From an uncultured Anaerolineaceae bacterium (GTDB lineage: Bacteria > Chloroflexota > Anaerolineae > Anaerolineales > Anaerolineaceae), in contig CAZYIJ010000003.1 of the NCBI GenBank assembly GCA_964647425.1, positions 1 through 36,463 of the forward strand: 36,463 nt of DNA, given 5' to 3'. The position numbers and the translations under genes were made by a program. Below are positions 34,129-36,463 of this stretch, one piece after another. Numbering within the stretch: the stretch's first letter is position 1; each line of letters starts with the position of its first letter. The notes under the pieces are model-generated. The model had not been told where the DNA came from, did not search any database, and saw only the letters and a program-made list of their open reading frames with translations.

Positions 34129-35316
34129 TTATTCAGATATATGAGAATTATTGTTGAAAAAATCATGAACCATGAATATCAAAATCCCAAATAAAATTAA
34201 TGCAATAGCTCTATAATCAAACCATGGTTGCAATCCAAAAAGGTAAGGCAGATAAGTCATTGTGTTTATTGACCAAATGATGAATGGAATAAAAAAATGT
34301 TTGGGTTTTATAAACAGGTAAATGATAGCAAAGAAATCAGCCATAAACATATATCGTTCATGCATAGATGGTAAAAAATAAACAGTAACTATACTTACAA
34401 TAAGAGCAAGCTCAGTGATTTTATTTCCAGTCAGTTTGAGTTTTTCTAGTGATATAACCATGAACCCCAAAAAACCAAGTGCAGTCAATGAAATTAAAAT
34501 TGCGGGAAAAGCAAAAAGCTCATAATCATCAGGTAATAGGGCGTATAGGTTAGTAAAATTAAGTACCATTGAAGGATAATTACCGACTTGAATCGTGTAT
34601 TCTCTAAAAATCTGACTGAAGGGCTTACCTAACAAAAAAGCTGGCAAATAGACGAGTATGTATACAATCGGAAGGTACAAAAAATGAATTATTGAAAACT
34701 CTCGAGTCTTGATGTAGAAAATAATAAATAATGGCAACAAGAATATTGCCTGAAGCTTGAAACTTAAAGCAAGCCCAAATACTACAAACGACCAACCAAA
34801 TCTATCTTCTGTAAATAAATAGACTGAAATTAAGACGAGGCTTGTGTAGATGATGTCACACTGAACCCAAAGTGAACTATTCAAGATCCCGGTGGGTATA
34901 AAAAGCGCTATTGTATATGCAAGAATGGGAATAAAACTGAATTTAGGACGATTTTTAAGTTTTGCAACGAAGAGTCCTACAAATACCGCCGTTAAGAAAT
35001 CAAAGACCCAGTTTACAACTTTTGCTTTTGCAATTGTGGAGCCTGGGAAGTAACTTATGAAAGCCAAGATATATTGATACATCACGGAGTAATTGGTTTC
35101 CAGAGTTTTGATACCGAGGAACCCACCATTATTTTTCAAATGTTCAGTCCAGGGCTGTATACAGCACGCCATATCCCCTGAGAGATAGCCACGAAAATTA
35201 TTGCGCAAATTTATGCCGATAATAGTAATTATCGCAAAATAGATAACATTTAGATATTTTTGTATAAAGGAAATAAAAGCATCGTCAAATCGTTTTGTTG
35301 GGATATCAAGTTTCAT
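34129..35316 (-). CDS. GT-C-fold polytopic membrane glycosyltransferase (Gpi18/PIG-V-like or DUF2029-like mannosyltransferase type)
   Basis: About 11 TM helices. The first-loop pattern SGDMACCIQPWTEHLKNNGGFLGIKTLETNYSVMYQYILAF fits the acidic-loop plus aromatic pattern of GT-C enzymes. The gene is AT-rich. Confidence 0.6.
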   Translation of the reverse strand: MKLDIPTKRFDDAFISFIQKYLNVIYFAIITIIGINLRNNFRGYLSGDMACCIQPWTEHLKNNGGFLGIKTLETNYSVMYQYILAFISYFPGSTIAKAKVVNWVFDFLTAVFVGLFVAKLKNRPKFSFIPILAYTIALFIPTGILNSSLWVQCDIIYTSLVLISVYLFTEDRFGWSFVVFGLALSFKLQAIFLLPLFIIFYIKTREFSIIHFLYLPIVYILVYLPAFLLGKPFSQIFREYTIQVGNYPSMVLNFTNLYALLPDDYELFAFPAILISLTALGFLGFMVISLEKLKLTGNKITELALIVSIVTVYFLPSMHERYMFMADFFAIIYLFIKPKHFFIPFIIWSINTMTYLPYLFGLQPWFDYRAIALILFGILIFMVHDFFNNNSHISE

Positions 35317-35348
35317 TTATTATTCTTTCTATGAATTTAAGTCTTGTC

Positions 35349-36463
35349 TTATTCCACAAAGTGAGTTCTATGAATAAAGTCGCTTACAAAAATGAGCCCT
35401 AGTTCGTCTTGATAGAGAAGAATATACCCGTTTATCTTCCCTGATTTAGCTGCCTTGTAAAATCGTTGGCTTTCAATAAAGGCTTGCTGATTAATACCTA
35501 TGGCGTTTGGATTTAAGTAGTCATTGATGCGTTGCCTTAAAAGCAGAAGAACATCAAATTCTTTTTCCTCTACAAAGTCATAGCTCAGAAGATCAAAAGA
35601 CGTGTGAACTAGCCAGTTTTTGTTCTCAGGTAGGTAAAGACGATAGTCAAAGTAAACGTTCAACTCTTTATTCTCAATTGGCTTCAATGTTTCTGAGATG
35701 TGTTTGTAAAAAGAAATTTCAGCGCTATCTTCCTCGCGGCGATAACTGGCTTTAATCGTTTTAATGTTTTGTGGAATAAAGAATGCTATTTGACCTAAGA
35801 CAATAAATAGTAGAAAAATAGAGATGGCCTTACTTTTATAGTTCTTAAGTGAAATCTTTTCGGGAAACATGCCTACAAAACCTGAAATGAGCAAAACGCC
35901 AACTGGTAACCAATATTGGTATTTAAAATGTGTCAAGAAAAAAGTTGTGATAGTCATAGGTAAAGACCAAGAGAGAATGAGCCTGTACAGATGCTTATTC
36001 TGGCTTTTCATCGCTCCCCAAATGTTCGTTGCCAACGCAATCAGCAGGAATATGGCATTGCCATAGCTATCCTTTAATAAGGGGTATGTAGCGAGTAGCC
36101 CCTTTGGATATACAATACCATATCCTTGATTGAGCAGGAAGCTCTGTTTTTGAAAAATCTGGAACCATGCAATTCGACCCCAGCTTGATAGCAAGAATGG
36201 ATTTGAAATTACAAAGCTCACTGCCATCAGAGCAATAAAGAGCAAGCCTGATTTAATAATTTTTGGCCAGACAATTTTGTTTTGCTGTCGCGCCATCCAA
36301 AGACAATAAGCTACAGCTAAGAAAAAGTAGAGCCCAACCAGTTTAGTTGCAGTGAGAATGCCACATATTATTGCTGAAAGATAGAAAAAGCTCCTTAAAT
36401 GGAACTCATCTTTTTTTAAGAAATACAAGGTAAGAACGACGAGCAAAAGAACAATTCCATCTG
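35349..36463 (-). CDS. GT-C-fold (family 39/83, ArnT/PMT-like) membrane glycosyltransferase; 5' end lies beyond the right edge
   Basis: The reading frame stays open to position 36463, so the track start at 36446 is only an internal TTG. There are multiple TM helices and a soluble C-terminal domain of about 130 aa. The gene is AT-rich. Confidence 0.55.
   Translation of the reverse strand, partial: DGIVLLLVVLTLYFLKKDEFHLRSFFYLSAIICGILTATKLVGLYFFLAVAYCLWMARQQNKIVWPKIIKSGLLFIALMAVSFVISNPFLLSSWGRIAWFQIFQKQSFLLNQGYGIVYPKGLLATYPLLKDSYGNAIFLLIALATNIWGAMKSQNKHLYRLILSWSLPMTITTFFLTHFKYQYWLPVGVLLISGFVGMFPEKISLKNYKSKAISIFLLFIVLGQIAFFIPQNIKTIKASYRREEDSAEISFYKHISETLKPIENKELNVYFDYRLYLPENKNWLVHTSFDLLSYDFVEEKEFDVLLLLRQRINDYLNPNAIGINQQAFIESQRFYKAAKSGKINGYILLYQDELGLIFVSDFIHRTHFVE

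Overview
This 36,463-bp window is a gene-dense stretch of bacterial chromosome with about 36 protein-coding genes. I found no rRNA, tRNA or CRISPR array, and nothing that looks like a defence island, prophage or biosynthetic cluster.

Gene content, left to right:
- a sugar-binding lipoprotein (cut by the left edge) with its LacI-family regulator
- a class I photolyase
- a small accessory patch: frameshifted DUF3795-type Cys-rich gene, a hypothetical, an orphan half-HMA ORF and a flavodoxin-like gene
- a ZIP zinc transporter
- a membrane/coiled-coil protein followed by an LCP (LytR-CpsA-Psr) gene
- a minus-strand Opp/Dpp-type peptide ABC operon
- a recombinase-like gene followed by a second LCP gene
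- tilS, coaE, cdaA-cdaR, der, lepB, a yacL-like PIN/TRAM gene, cysS and rlmB
- a REP-repeat array with its RAYT transposase
- serS with a DUF456 gene, a DUF4282 gene and a NUDIX hydrolase
- two AT-rich GT-C membrane glycosyltransferases at the right edge, the last one cut by the window

The gene content (LCP enzymes, c-di-AMP cyclase module, yacL...cysS-rlmB neighbourhood, lipoprotein SBPs with EEPV-type linkers) suggests a monoderm-type Terrabacteria genome, possibly Chloroflexota/Anaerolineae-like. That is inference only.

Observations most worth follow-up:
1. The peptide-operon substrate-binding protein (12444-14510) is a clean circular permutation of the canonical family-5 SBP.
2. Its lipoprotein leader and EEPV linker are shared with the unrelated sugar SBP at the left edge.
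3. A compact REP-array/RAYT unit sits at 30069-30900.
4. A tyrosine-recombinase-like protein lacks the canonical catalytic residues and lies directly upstream of an LCP gene.
5. A DUF3795-type gene is split by a T11 homopolymer.
6. An AT-rich envelope-glycosylation segment occupies the right edge.

All functional calls come from motifs read by eye in the supplied translations. No database search was run.
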